From the NCBI GenBank assembly GCA_913041905.1, contig CAJWJQ010000002.1, forward strand, positions 1 through 48,404: a stretch of 48,404 bases of DNA. Direction: 5' to 3'. Below the pieces are notes generated by a model. It was not told where the DNA came from. It saw only the letters and a program-made list of their open reading frames with translations, and made no database searches. Shown in pieces: positions 1-9,886 of the stretch (its first letter is position 1; each line of letters begins with the position of its first letter). Origin of the DNA: an uncultured Gammaproteobacteria bacterium (GTDB lineage: Bacteria; Pseudomonadota; Gammaproteobacteria; GCA-002705445; GCA-002716945). The translations under genes and the position numbers were made by a program.

Positions 1-5
1 AAGGT

Positions 6-533
6 ATGGATAATTCTTACAGCCAAAGAAATCATTTACTAAAAGTCTTTATTCTTATCTTCATTTTTTGGTTTTTGCTCTCTGGTATGGCTGATTTACT
101 TATGATTATGCTTGGTTTGCTCTCATCTTTCTTTGTGGTATGGATTATAAATAAAATGGATTTAGTTGATCGTGAGGTTAGTTTTCATAACTTCAATATT
201 AGTAAATTAATTATGTATTTTTTCTGGTTACTACGTGAAATTATAGTGTCTAATTTGAAAGTGTGTTTATATATTATAACCCCTAATAAAAAAATAAACC
301 CAGAAATTATCAAAATTAAGTCAAGACAAAATTCTGAATTTGCTAATGTGCTATATGCAAACTCTATTACGCTAACACCTGGGACTGTCACTATAGATAT
401 AGATAAAAATAACTTTACAGTTCACACCCTTGATACTCAGTTTAAAGAATCATTAGAAAAAAATATTATGGGTGAGAAAATTTTATCTACAGAGCAAAAT
501 ATAAACAGGAAAGGAAAAGAACAAAATGATTGA
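6..533 (+). CDS. mrpE: Mrp/Mnh cation:proton antiporter subunit E
   Basis: 175-aa ORF with N-terminal TM helices and the ANSITLTPGT-type motif typical of MnhE. AAGG lies just upstream of the ATG. It is the first of nine coupled membrane-protein genes. Confidence 0.75.
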   Translation: MDNSYSQRNHLLKVFILIFIFWFLLSGMADLLMIMLGLLSSFFVVWIINKMDLVDREVSFHNFNISKLIMYFFWLLREIIVSNLKVCLYIITPNKKINPEIIKIKSRQNSEFANVLYANSITLTPGTVTIDIDKNNFTVHTLDTQFKESLEKNIMGEKILSTEQNINRKGKEQND

Positions 534-801
534 AGCTAATATTATAGTTATTACATTAATTTCAGTTGCTCTATTAATATCTATACTTAGGTTTATTTTT
601 GCTGAAGAAATTTATACAAAAATTCTTGCTACTAATTTAATTGGAACAAAAATTGTTTTATTAATTTTGTTATCTGGAACATTGTCTATAGAAAAAGATT
701 TTACTGACATTGCTTTAGTTTATGCTCTAATTAATTTTATATCAACGATAGTAATTTTAAAATATTATGAAGATAAGGAAAAATGTAATGAGTATGATTG
801 A
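526..801 (+). CDS. mrpF: Mrp/Mnh antiporter subunit F
   Basis: 91 aa with three hydrophobic helices. Overlaps mrpE by 8 nt. Size and position after E fit MrpF/PhaF. Confidence 0.6.
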   Translation: MIEANIIVITLISVALLISILRFIFAEEIYTKILATNLIGTKIVLLILLSGTLSIEKDFTDIALVYALINFISTIVILKYYEDKEKCNEYD

Positions 802-1078
802 GGCTATTTTATTAATCCTAGGTGGAGTAACTGCTTTAATTGGAACGATCGGCTGTTTTAAGTTTAAAGACTTTTTATCTCGAACTCATGCTGTTTCTGT
901 AGTTGATACATTTTCAACTTTGTTAATTATTTTATCTTTAATAATACATAATGGTTTTACTTTATTAAGTGTAAAACTTTTTCTCATATTAATTTTTTTA
1001 TATATTACAGGAAGCACTGCTATACATGTCCTAACACAAGCTTTTTTAAAATATAGTAAAAAGGAAATAATAAAATAA
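767..1078 (+). CDS. mrpG: Mrp/Mnh antiporter subunit G
   Basis: About 95-103 aa with 3 TM helices, and an SRTHAVSVVDT segment resembling MnhG/PhaG. The ORF-track start at 767 overlaps mrpF by 35 nt, so the in-frame ATGs at 788 or 794 are more likely starts. Confidence 0.65.
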   Translation: MKIRKNVMSMIEAILLILGGVTALIGTIGCFKFKDFLSRTHAVSVVDTFSTLLIILSLIIHNGFTLLSVKLFLILIFLYITGSTAIHVLTQAFLKYSKKEIIK

Positions 1079-1608
1079 TGACTATTGCGCTATTATATAT
1101 TCTATTATCTGTCTTAATTGTGATTTCTATCTATGTAATAATTAGTAGAAATTTATTTTCAGTTATTATATCCACAACAATATTTAGTATGGTGTGTGCT
1201 CTTATATTTTTACTATTAGATGCAATAGATGTTTCGCTAACTGAGGCAGCGGTTGGCGCAGGAATTTCAACAATTTTATTTTTAAGCACAATAAGATATG
1301 TAGATATCATTGCAACAGATACTAAGAAAAGTACTGTGCCAATCGTAATATTATTTTTTTTACTATTAATTTCAATTAGTATATTAATTTATGATTTACC
1401 AGAGCCTGGTAAGGCAAATGTTGTAAATAATTCTCAAGCAACCAAATACTATATTAATAATTCTACCACAGAGATGGGTGTGCCAAATGTTGTGACTTCT
1501 GTATTGGCTGGCTATAGAGGTTTTGATACTTTAGGTGAAGTTATTGTTATTTTTATAGCTGGTATATCTGTATTGGGAATACTTAGAAATACAAAGGGAA
1601 GAACGTGA
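1078..1608 (+). CDS. MrpA C-terminal-like / MbhD-MbhE-like (DUF4040-type) membrane subunit
   Basis: 176-aa polytopic membrane protein sitting between G and B, the position MbhD/E occupy in archaeal Mbh-type Mrp modules. Its ATG overlaps the mrpG TAA (TAATG). Confidence 0.55.
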   Translation: MTIALLYILLSVLIVISIYVIISRNLFSVIISTTIFSMVCALIFLLLDAIDVSLTEAAVGAGISTILFLSTIRYVDIIATDTKKSTVPIVILFFLLLISISILIYDLPEPGKANVVNNSQATKYYINNSTTEMGVPNVVTSVLAGYRGFDTLGEVIVIFIAGISVLGILRNTKGRT

Positions 1609-2027
1609 AACATCATACAGTACTAAGAATTGTCACTAAATTAATAATACCTTTAATACTACTTTTTGGATTGTATATACAATTTCATGGGGATTATTCA
1701 GCCGGCGGAGGGTTTCAAGCTGGAGTGATTATAGCTTCAGGCTTCATATTGTATAACATTATTTTTGGATTAGAAGTTGGGTTTTCTATTCTCAGTATAA
1801 ATATGACAAAAAACTTAATGGCTATTGGTGTATTGCTTTATATTGCAGTTGGCTTTATGGGAATTATCCAAGGTTTAAACTTTTTAGAATATAATTCTTT
1901 GCTTAGTTCTTCTAAAGAGGGGCAACTGTTAGGAATATTTCTTGTAGAATTAGGAGTTGGACTAACAGTTAGCAATGTTATGATTTTAATTTTTTACTCC
2001 TTTAATAATATGGGAGAAAAATTGTAA
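1605..2027 (+). CDS. mrpB: Mrp/Mnh antiporter subunit B
   Basis: 140 aa with the HGDYSAGGGFQAG motif characteristic of the MnhB domain. GTG start overlaps the upstream TGA. Confidence 0.7.
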   Translation: MKHHTVLRIVTKLIIPLILLFGLYIQFHGDYSAGGGFQAGVIIASGFILYNIIFGLEVGFSILSINMTKNLMAIGVLLYIAVGFMGIIQGLNFLEYNSLLSSSKEGQLLGIFLVELGVGLTVSNVMILIFYSFNNMGEKL

Positions 2028-2350
2028 TGCTTTATGTTTTAAATATGACATTATTTCTCATCGGCCTGTTCATTATAGTTAGAGAATCTAATCTAATAAA
2101 AAAAGTAATAGGTTTAAATATATTTCAATCATCAGTATTTATATTCTATATACTAATAAGCAAGGTTGAAGGAGGTGTTCCACCTATAATAAGCGCTGAT
2201 CAATCTATATATTCTAACCCTTTACCACATGTACTTATTCTTACAGCAATTGTTGTAAGTATTGCAACTACCAGTTTAGCATTAGCTTTAATTATTAGAA
2301 TTAAAGATAAGTATGGAACCATTGAAGAAGATGATATTGACTTAGGTTAA
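2027..2350 (+). CDS. mrpC: Mrp/Mnh antiporter subunit C (NuoK-like)
   Basis: 107 aa with 3 TM helices and a NuoK/MnhC-like layout. ATG overlaps the upstream TAA. Confidence 0.7.
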   Translation: MLYVLNMTLFLIGLFIIVRESNLIKKVIGLNIFQSSVFIFYILISKVEGGVPPIISADQSIYSNPLPHVLILTAIVVSIATTSLALALIIRIKDKYGTIEEDDIDLG

Positions 2351-2353
2351 CTT

Positions 2354-3829
2354 ATGAATCAAATACCTATATTAATAATAACCTTACCTTTACTTTTAAC
2401 TCCTATTCTTTTACTTATACGAAAGATTAATATTGTTTATGCTCTTACTTTGATTGTGTCTTTTATTAATATAAGTTTAATTTTGGCCCTAGGCGCAGAA
2501 GTATACAATAATGGAAGCATTATATATGAGCTTGGGGGATGGCCAGCTCCAATAGGAATTAGATTAAATGCAGACTTATTATCTTGTTATTTTTTAACAT
2601 TTATAAATGTAATAAGTTTTTTATGCTTAGTTTCGAGCAAAGATATTATAAAACATCAAATACATGAAGATAACATATATCTTTTTTATATTGCTTGGTT
2701 ATTATGTAATATTGGATTTTCAGGTATTGTGCTAACAGATGATATATTTAATTTATTCGTATTCTTAGAAATTTCTTCTTTATCTAGTTATTTTCTTATT
2801 TCTCAAGCTAACTACAAAGGAACGCTTCTTGCTGCCATGCAGTATTTATTTATTGGAAGCATAGGTGCTGTATTTATACTATTAGCAATAGGTATTTTAT
2901 ATGCTCACACGGGTACACTAAACATGCATGATTTAGCAATGAAGATTGGACAGGCAAAATTTTCGGAGTCAATTGTATTTGCTCTGGGGTTACTGTTAGC
3001 GGGTGTTGGAATTAAATCTGCTTTATTTCCGCTACATGGTTGGTTAATAAAAACATATGCTTATGCTCCATCTATCGTAACCACCTACTTTGCAGGTACT
3101 TCAACAAAAATTGGAGTCTATATTCTTTTAAGAGTTTTCTTAGACATTCTTAATTCGATCAACCCTCTGGAATATTACGGATTAGCACAATTTATACTAT
3201 TTATATCACTTCTAGGTGTATTCTTGTCGACCTTGTATGCAGTAAAACAAAAAGAAGTAAAGAAAATGCTCGCATATTCTAGTGTAGCTCAACTTGGTTA
3301 TATAATTATTGCTATCATGTTGTTAATTCCTGATGGCCTAACAGCATCGTTGATACATGTTGTCAATCATTCAATAATCAAAACGGGTTTATTTTTAATA
3401 ATCGCGGTAATTTTTATAAACAATCAAAATGTAATAATTGAAGATTTGTCTGGATTAGGAAAAAAATATCCAATACTAATGAGTTGTTTTTTTATATTGG
3501 GTCTTGGTCTAATTGGGCTTCCAATAACATCGGGGTTCATTAGTAAATGGTATATTATTACGGCTATGCTTAAGTCAGAATATTGGTATTTTACATTTAT
3601 TGTACTATTAACTTCATTTATGACTTTATCTTATGTTTGGGTGTTAATAGAAAAAATATATTTTGCAACTAATGATAATGATGATGCAATTAATAATATT
3701 TCAATTTATCAAATGTTTTGTATTATTACGCTAACTGTAATGACTATATATTTAGGTCTAGAAACTTCACTTACTTCTGGTATAGCTGAAAATATAAGCA
3801 ATGACTTTTATGGGGTTACAGGAAAATGA
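2354..3829 (+). CDS. Antiporter-like subunit, NuoL/M/N (Proton_antipo_M) family, MrpD-like copy 1
   Basis: 491-aa polytopic protein. It carries the family core motif LFPLHGWLIKTYAYAPSIVTTYFAGTSTKIGVY in divergent form. Confidence 0.7.
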   Translation: MNQIPILIITLPLLLTPILLLIRKINIVYALTLIVSFINISLILALGAEVYNNGSIIYELGGWPAPIGIRLNADLLSCYFLTFINVISFLCLVSSKDIIKHQIHEDNIYLFYIAWLLCNIGFSGIVLTDDIFNLFVFLEISSLSSYFLISQANYKGTLLAAMQYLFIGSIGAVFILLAIGILYAHTGTLNMHDLAMKIGQAKFSESIVFALGLLLAGVGIKSALFPLHGWLIKTYAYAPSIVTTYFAGTSTKIGVYILLRVFLDILNSINPLEYYGLAQFILFISLLGVFLSTLYAVKQKEVKKMLAYSSVAQLGYIIIAIMLLIPDGLTASLIHVVNHSIIKTGLFLIIAVIFINNQNVIIEDLSGLGKKYPILMSCFFILGLGLIGLPITSGFISKWYIITAMLKSEYWYFTFIVLLTSFMTLSYVWVLIEKIYFATNDNDDAINNISIYQMFCIITLTVMTIYLGLETSLTSGIAENISNDFYGVTGK

Positions 3830-5268
3830 CATTAATGATCCCTCATTTATCTTTTTTATTGTTTAGCATATTTTTATTATATTTAATAAGAAATAAATCT
3901 TTTTCAGGTTTAATTCATATATTAATTAGCTTTATCTCTTTTCTTTTTTCAATACATATATTAATTAATAAAAATATATTCTTATATAAAGAAGTAAATG
4001 TTATTGAAGTTTTAGAAAATATAGTTATTTCATTTAATTTAGATTATTTAGGTTTAGTATTTCTTGTTGTTTCTAATGGCTTATGGTTTATGACTTCCAT
4101 ATATACTAATAGGTACTTAAAACTAAATGATTATCCACGACATGGGAAGTTTTTTATTTTTTTCTTGATTTCTATGATGTCAACAAATGCAATTATATAT
4201 TCTGCTAATCTCTTTACTACTTTTATCTTTTATGAAATATTAACAATTGCTACTTACCCTTTGGTGACTTTTAAGTCAGATGAGAAATCTATTTTATCTG
4301 GTAAAAAATATCTATATTATCTTTTAGGTACATCAATAATATTTTTATTACCTGCAATTATTATTACCTATAATGTAACTGGCACTCTAACGTATACAGA
4401 AAATGGTATTTTCTCTGCTCATGATTACAATTTAATAAATCTTCTAATTATTTTATTTTTATTTGGAGTTGCAAAAAGCGCAGTCATGCCTTTTCATAAA
4501 TGGCTACCAACAGCAATGGTTGCTCCAACACCGGTAAGTGCGTTACTACATGCTGTAGCTGTGGTTAAGTCAGGAGTTTATATTTTAGTAAAAATAATGA
4601 TTTATATATTCGGATTAAATGTTCTTAAAAAAACAGGCGCTGATTTATTTATATTATTTGCATCACTTACAATTATACTGTCATCCATCATTGCCTTAAA
4701 ACAAGATAGTATAAAATTACGTTTGGCATATTCTACAATTGGACAGCTTTCATATATTATTTTAGGAGTCGCAATTTTAGCTCCGTACTCGATTTTAGCT
4801 TCTATCTTACATATTATTTTTCATGCATTAGGAAAAATCACCTTGTTTTTAGTATCAGGTTCTATTGCAACACAAACAGGGATAAAAAATGTTACAAAGA
4901 TGGATGGATTATCATCTCGTTTACCGTATACATGTTTATTAATGTCTCTTGGGGCGTTTATTATGGTAGGCTTGCCTCCAACTATTGGTTTTATCAGTAA
5001 GTGGTATTTAGTTATCGGCATCATTGAGTCAAATCAATTATATTTACTGATACTAATTATTGCGAGTACTATTTTAAATGCAAGTTATTACTTCCCTTTA
5101 ATCTACAGATCATATTTTATGCCCAACAGTATAAACTCAGAAATAAAAAACGAAGAAGATGTGCAATTAATTGCACCTGTTATTATTATTGGTCTAATTT
5201 CTATAATTCTATTTTTTAATCTAGATTCAATTATAATGTTTCTTGAGGAGAATATAATTTTAAAATGA
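3826..5268 (+). CDS. Antiporter-like subunit, NuoL/MrpA-core-like (Proton_antipo_M family) copy 2
   Basis: 480 aa. The motif FHKWLPTAMVAPTPVSALLHAVAVVKSGVY is closest to the NuoL/MrpA-type signature, but the long MrpA C-terminal extension is absent. ATGA overlap with the upstream gene. Confidence 0.75.
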   Translation: MTLMIPHLSFLLFSIFLLYLIRNKSFSGLIHILISFISFLFSIHILINKNIFLYKEVNVIEVLENIVISFNLDYLGLVFLVVSNGLWFMTSIYTNRYLKLNDYPRHGKFFIFFLISMMSTNAIIYSANLFTTFIFYEILTIATYPLVTFKSDEKSILSGKKYLYYLLGTSIIFLLPAIIITYNVTGTLTYTENGIFSAHDYNLINLLIILFLFGVAKSAVMPFHKWLPTAMVAPTPVSALLHAVAVVKSGVYILVKIMIYIFGLNVLKKTGADLFILFASLTIILSSIIALKQDSIKLRLAYSTIGQLSYIILGVAILAPYSILASILHIIFHALGKITLFLVSGSIATQTGIKNVTKMDGLSSRLPYTCLLMSLGAFIMVGLPPTIGFISKWYLVIGIIESNQLYLLILIIASTILNASYYFPLIYRSYFMPNSINSEIKNEEDVQLIAPVIIIGLISIILFFNLDSIIMFLEENIILK

Positions 5269-5480
5269 AAACACGTAAAAATATAATCTATGTACTCTTC
5301 GTTTTTGTCAATATTACCCCTTATTTATATTCTTTCTATGATTTCCAAAAAATACATTTTGGTATAGATAATATTATTGGCTTTTATCCAATTTATGGTT
5401 TTTTAGCATGTATGGGCTTAATTATTATAGCTAAAACTTTTTCGATAATTTTCAAAAAGGATGATACGTATTATGATTAG
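5265..5480 (+). CDS. Small two-TM membrane protein of unknown function embedded in the Mrp cluster
   Basis: 71-aa ORF with two hydrophobic segments, translationally coupled on both sides (ATGA overlap upstream, 20-nt overlap downstream). I recognise no family. Confidence 0.4.
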   Translation: MKTRKNIIYVLFVFVNITPYLYSFYDFQKIHFGIDNIIGFYPIYGFLACMGLIIIAKTFSIIFKKDDTYYD

Positions 5481-7137
5481 CAATCTCATAACGCATCCAT
5501 CAATAGCATTAATAGCAGGAGCTATATTAATTTATATCTTCAAAGGAAGAGGAAATTATATATCACTAATTTCATTATTGATTTCATTTATTATATTAAT
5601 TGTCTTTACAGGGCAAAAAGATTTGATATTCGCAACAACAAAAATATCGATACACTATTTTTCATATAGCAATCTTTCATTTTTATTCTGTTTAGTTTTT
5701 CTGTTAATTGGCATTATTGGAAAAGTATTTTCAATTTATAACAATAATGATAATGAAAAAGCATTAATTTTAATATATATAGCATCTTCCATTGCGGTTA
5801 TTTTTTCAGGTGATTTTTTAACTTTATATGTTTTTTGGGAAATTATGGCAATAACTTCAACCTTTGTTATATGGTCTTCTGATTCTATTCATTCTGGTAA
5901 AGCGGGGCAAAGATATCTAATAATGCATTTATTTGGGGGTTTGATGTTATTATTTGGTATTATTGGTTTATATTTAGATACTAATAATTTAGCAATAAGA
6001 ATTATAAACCTTGAGAGTTGGTATAGCTGTCTTATTTTAACTGGTTTATTATTAAATGCTGGAGCCCCACCTTTTTCACAATGGATTTCTGATGCATATC
6101 CTGAAGGAAGTTATTCATCAACTGTTTTTTTATCTGCTTATACTACAAAAACATCTGTGTTTGTATTGATTATGACTTTTGCAGGAAATTATATTTTAAT
6201 TTTGTTAGGTGTTTACATGATTATGTATGGAATAATTTATGCTCTTCTAGAAAACGATATTAGAAGAATACTATCATATAGCATTGTGAATCAAGTTGGT
6301 TTTATGATTGTAGGCATAGGAATAGGAACAGAATTATCAATCAATGGAACTGCTGCACATGCATTTTCACATATAATTTACAAAGGTTTGCTTTTGATGT
6401 CTGCGGGCAGTGTTATTTATATGACGGGCAAAAGAAAGTGTAGTGATGTGGGTGGCTTATATAAAACAATGCCAATAACGGCTGCTTGCGGTATTATTGG
6501 AGCTTTATCTATATCTGCATTCCCATTAACATCTGGTTTTATTTCTAAATCAATGATTATAGATGCAAGCTATCATCAGAATTTAGAAATTATTTGGTTA
6601 CTATTGTTAGTTGGCTCGGCTGGAGTATTTTTACATGCTGGAATTAAATTTCCTTGGTTTGTGTTTTTTCATAAAGACCAACAAATTGATACGGAGGATC
6701 CTCCAATTTTTATGAAAGGATCAATGATAGTAGCATCTGCAATATGTATAATACTGGGAATGATGCCAAGCTTATTATATGAAATATTACCATACAAAGT
6801 AAATTATATTCCGTATACAGGAAATCATGTGGTATCACAACTTCATCTGCTACTATTTTCAGCATTAGCTTTTTTTATAAGTGTAAAATATTTAAAAAGA
6901 ACTCAAACAATTACGCTTGATATAGATTGGTTTTATAGGAATAAATTAGAATATATGGATAAAGCATATAATTACATAAGTAAAAGTTTATTTAATTATG
7001 TTGAAAAAATTAATTTAGGAGTGCTGAGAAATAAATTTGGAGTTTTTGAAGGTTTTCTATTAAAACAAATAACAATATCCAATATGCTAACTTTAATATT
7101 AATCACATTATTTATTTTTTTAGCCTTAAATATTTAA
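5461..7137 (+). CDS. Antiporter-like subunit, Proton_antipo_M family, MrpD-like copy 3
   Basis: 558-aa polytopic protein with a divergent core motif (APPFSQWISDAYPEGSYSSTVFLSAYTTKTSVF) and the AHAFSHIIYKGLLLM helix typical of the family. An alternative ATG lies at 5473. Confidence 0.7.
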   Translation: MIRIMISNLITHPSIALIAGAILIYIFKGRGNYISLISLLISFIILIVFTGQKDLIFATTKISIHYFSYSNLSFLFCLVFLLIGIIGKVFSIYNNNDNEKALILIYIASSIAVIFSGDFLTLYVFWEIMAITSTFVIWSSDSIHSGKAGQRYLIMHLFGGLMLLFGIIGLYLDTNNLAIRIINLESWYSCLILTGLLLNAGAPPFSQWISDAYPEGSYSSTVFLSAYTTKTSVFVLIMTFAGNYILILLGVYMIMYGIIYALLENDIRRILSYSIVNQVGFMIVGIGIGTELSINGTAAHAFSHIIYKGLLLMSAGSVIYMTGKRKCSDVGGLYKTMPITAACGIIGALSISAFPLTSGFISKSMIIDASYHQNLEIIWLLLLVGSAGVFLHAGIKFPWFVFFHKDQQIDTEDPPIFMKGSMIVASAICIILGMMPSLLYEILPYKVNYIPYTGNHVVSQLHLLLFSALAFFISVKYLKRTQTITLDIDWFYRNKLEYMDKAYNYISKSLFNYVEKINLGVLRNKFGVFEGFLLKQITISNMLTLILITLFIFLALNI

Positions 7138-8459
7138 GTAGTCCCACCTATTGTAATATTATCAATTAAAATAGACCCTGTTCTAATGTTGTTTCTTAGA
7201 TCAAAATCATTACCTATGGATTTAATATTCTCAAACATCTTAAGTAAATTAGATGCTACAGTTATTTCTGTTACAGGATGCTCTATTTTTCCATTTTTAA
7301 TTAAATAACCAAATGCACCTCTGGAATAATCACCTGTTAGGATGTTTGCTCCACTCCCCATCATCTCTGTTATTAAAATTCCATCCTCTAATGTTTCTAT
7401 TAAATTAGAAGGGCAAGGTAAATCAGGCTCCATTGTTATATTAGTTATTACTCCGTTGCCCGTACATTTCATATTAAGTTTTCTAGAAGAGTAAGTATCA
7501 AGCAAATAAGTGTTTAAGGTTCCATTCTGAATAATATCTTTTTCTATTGTTAAAACACCGTCACAATCATACGGTTTTGTGCCTGAGCCATCAGCTAAAT
7601 GAGGTTTTTCTTTAATGTTTATAAATTCAGGAAAGATTCTTTGATTAAGTTTTTCTAGCAAAAAACTAGACTTTTTATATATTGCAGGCCCGCTTATAGC
7701 TGATAAAAAACTACCTATCAGAGATGATGCCATTTCTGGTGAAAAAATTACTGGACAAGAACGTGTGCTTATTGTTTTAGCTCCTAGTCTTGATATAGTT
7801 CTTTTAGCAGCCTTAATGCCAATTTGTTTTGCTGTTTCTAATTTATTATAATCTCGTGCAGAAGAGTACCAGTAGTCTCTTTCCATTAATTTATTCTCCT
7901 CCGCTAAAGTTATACAGGATAAAGAATAGTCCGTAGATTTAAATGATCCAAAAGCTTCTTTTGTATTTAATATCATATGTTCATTATTTGCTGCAGAAAA
8001 AGTAGCGCCTTCTGAATTTACTATTCGTTTATCAAAATTAAAAGCTTCTTCCTCGCATGTTTTAGCTATACTAGCCATGTCATCTGTCTTTAAATCTTTT
8101 GGATAAAATATTCCTAAGTTTTTTGATGTAGATAAAGTAAAATTTGATTCTGGTAAACCTTGATATTCGTCAGGTTGAGTATTTTTAGAAATATTCTCTG
8201 CTTTTGCTATAGTTTTTTCAATACTTGCGCTTGATAGATCGTTTGTTGAGGCAATCCCTTTCTTATAATCATTGAAGACAGTTACTACCATTCCTGTGTC
8301 GTTATGATACTCGATATTTTCTACTTCTTTAAACCTACAATTAATACTAAAACCATTTGATGTTGTAACATTAAATTGATAATCATGCTTTTTATTTAAA
8401 TTAGTTATAATCTTCAATAACGTCTGCTTGATGCTTTGTGTAGTAACTAATTGACTCAA
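7134..8459 (-). CDS. pmbA: Metalloprotease modulator PmbA/TldE
   Basis: 441 aa in the PmbA_TldD family, with a C-terminal GSILIDNITIGG-type ending. Overlaps tldD by 4 nt, the conserved tldD-pmbA pairing. Confidence 0.85.
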   Translation of the reverse strand: MSQLVTTQSIKQTLLKIITNLNKKHDYQFNVTTSNGFSINCRFKEVENIEYHNDTGMVVTVFNDYKKGIASTNDLSSASIEKTIAKAENISKNTQPDEYQGLPESNFTLSTSKNLGIFYPKDLKTDDMASIAKTCEEEAFNFDKRIVNSEGATFSAANNEHMILNTKEAFGSFKSTDYSLSCITLAEENKLMERDYWYSSARDYNKLETAKQIGIKAAKRTISRLGAKTISTRSCPVIFSPEMASSLIGSFLSAISGPAIYKKSSFLLEKLNQRIFPEFINIKEKPHLADGSGTKPYDCDGVLTIEKDIIQNGTLNTYLLDTYSSRKLNMKCTGNGVITNITMEPDLPCPSNLIETLEDGILITEMMGSGANILTGDYSRGAFGYLIKNGKIEHPVTEITVASNLLKMFENIKSIGNDFDLRNNIRTGSILIDNITIGGTT

Positions 8460-9886
8460 ACTCTCGTGCCCCCAACAGTAATTTCATCAATTTTTAGTGT
8501 AGGTTGACCTACTCCCACGGGTACATTTTGTCCATCTTTTCCACAAGTACCAACTCCATCATCTAGTTTTAAATCATTTCCTACCATAGATACTTTTTTT
8601 AATACTTCAGGCCCATTTCCAATTAATGTAACTCCTTTAATTGGAGAAGATATTCTACCGTCTCTAATCATATATGCCTCTGATGCAGTAAAAACAAATT
8701 GACCATTAGTTATATCCACTTGTCCTCCGGAAAAGTTGACAGCATAAATACCTTGTTTAACAGATTCTATAATTTCATTATTGTGATATTGTCCTGGTAA
8801 CATGAATGTATTTGTCATTCTAGGTATAGGAAGATATGCATAGCTTTCTCTTCTTCCATTTCCTGTGGATTTAGTTTTCATCAACTGTGCATTTAATTTA
8901 TCTTGCATATATCCACGAAGAATTCCTTTTTCAATCAACATGGTATTTTGGGTTTCACACCCTTCGTCATCTATTGATAATGAGCCCCTTCTTTTTGAAA
9001 TAGTGCCATCATCTACTATTGTACATTGACTAGATGCAACTTTTTTTCCAATTAATCCTGAAAAAGCAGAGGTTTTTTTTCTATTAAAATCCCCTTCTAA
9101 CCCATGTCCTATAGCTTCATGAAGCAAAATCCCAGGCCATCCTGAGCCTAAAACTACAGTCATTGTCCCTGCTTTGCTATCCAAGGCTTCTAGGTTTACA
9201 GTTGCTTGTCTTAATGCTTCATCAGCAAATTTATAACCGAATTTGGTATCTATAATTTCCTTATATGCAAATCTACCTCCTCCCCCAGATGATCCCCTTT
9301 CTCTTCTTTTGCCTTTTTTTAATACTACCATTACACTAAATCTCACTAGCGGCCTTTCATCAAATGCATTTATGCCATCAGTATTCAAAATAAGTATAGA
9401 GCTATGAGATGCTGCTAAAGTAACTATAACTTGCTCAACCATAGGTTCTTTTTGTCTAATATACTGATCAATATCTTTAAGAAAATTAACTTTATCTTTA
9501 TCATCTGTTAAGCCAATAGGAGACGATGTGTCATATAATTTTTTAAATTTTATTGGTTTTCCGATTTTTGCTGTTTTATTTTCTCCAGATTTAATAATAG
9601 ATCGTGCCATATTAGCTGCTTCTGCTAAATCAGAATAACTAAATGTATTGCTATATGCTAAACCTGATTTATCACCTATGACCGATCGTATTCCTACCCC
9701 ACCATCAATTGATGATGTTCCATTTTTCACTATGCTATCTTCGATAGTCCAGCTCTCAACATTTGTGTGCTCAAAATATATATCTGCAAAATCTATTTTA
9801 CTTGAATAAGCTTTAGATAAAACCTTATTGAGTTTTTCATCTGTTAAATCATGATTATTTAAAATAAAGTCTTGTATATAACTCAT
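8456..9886 (-). CDS. tldD: Metalloprotease TldD
   Basis: 476 aa with the HEAIGHGLEGD zinc-binding motif and a GxGGG loop typical of TldD. Confidence 0.9.
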   Translation of the reverse strand: MSYIQDFILNNHDLTDEKLNKVLSKAYSSKIDFADIYFEHTNVESWTIEDSIVKNGTSSIDGGVGIRSVIGDKSGLAYSNTFSYSDLAEAANMARSIIKSGENKTAKIGKPIKFKKLYDTSSPIGLTDDKDKVNFLKDIDQYIRQKEPMVEQVIVTLAASHSSILILNTDGINAFDERPLVRFSVMVVLKKGKRRERGSSGGGGRFAYKEIIDTKFGYKFADEALRQATVNLEALDSKAGTMTVVLGSGWPGILLHEAIGHGLEGDFNRKKTSAFSGLIGKKVASSQCTIVDDGTISKRRGSLSIDDEGCETQNTMLIEKGILRGYMQDKLNAQLMKTKSTGNGRRESYAYLPIPRMTNTFMLPGQYHNNEIIESVKQGIYAVNFSGGQVDITNGQFVFTASEAYMIRDGRISSPIKGVTLIGNGPEVLKKVSMVGNDLKLDDGVGTCGKDGQNVPVGVGQPTLKIDEITVGGTRV

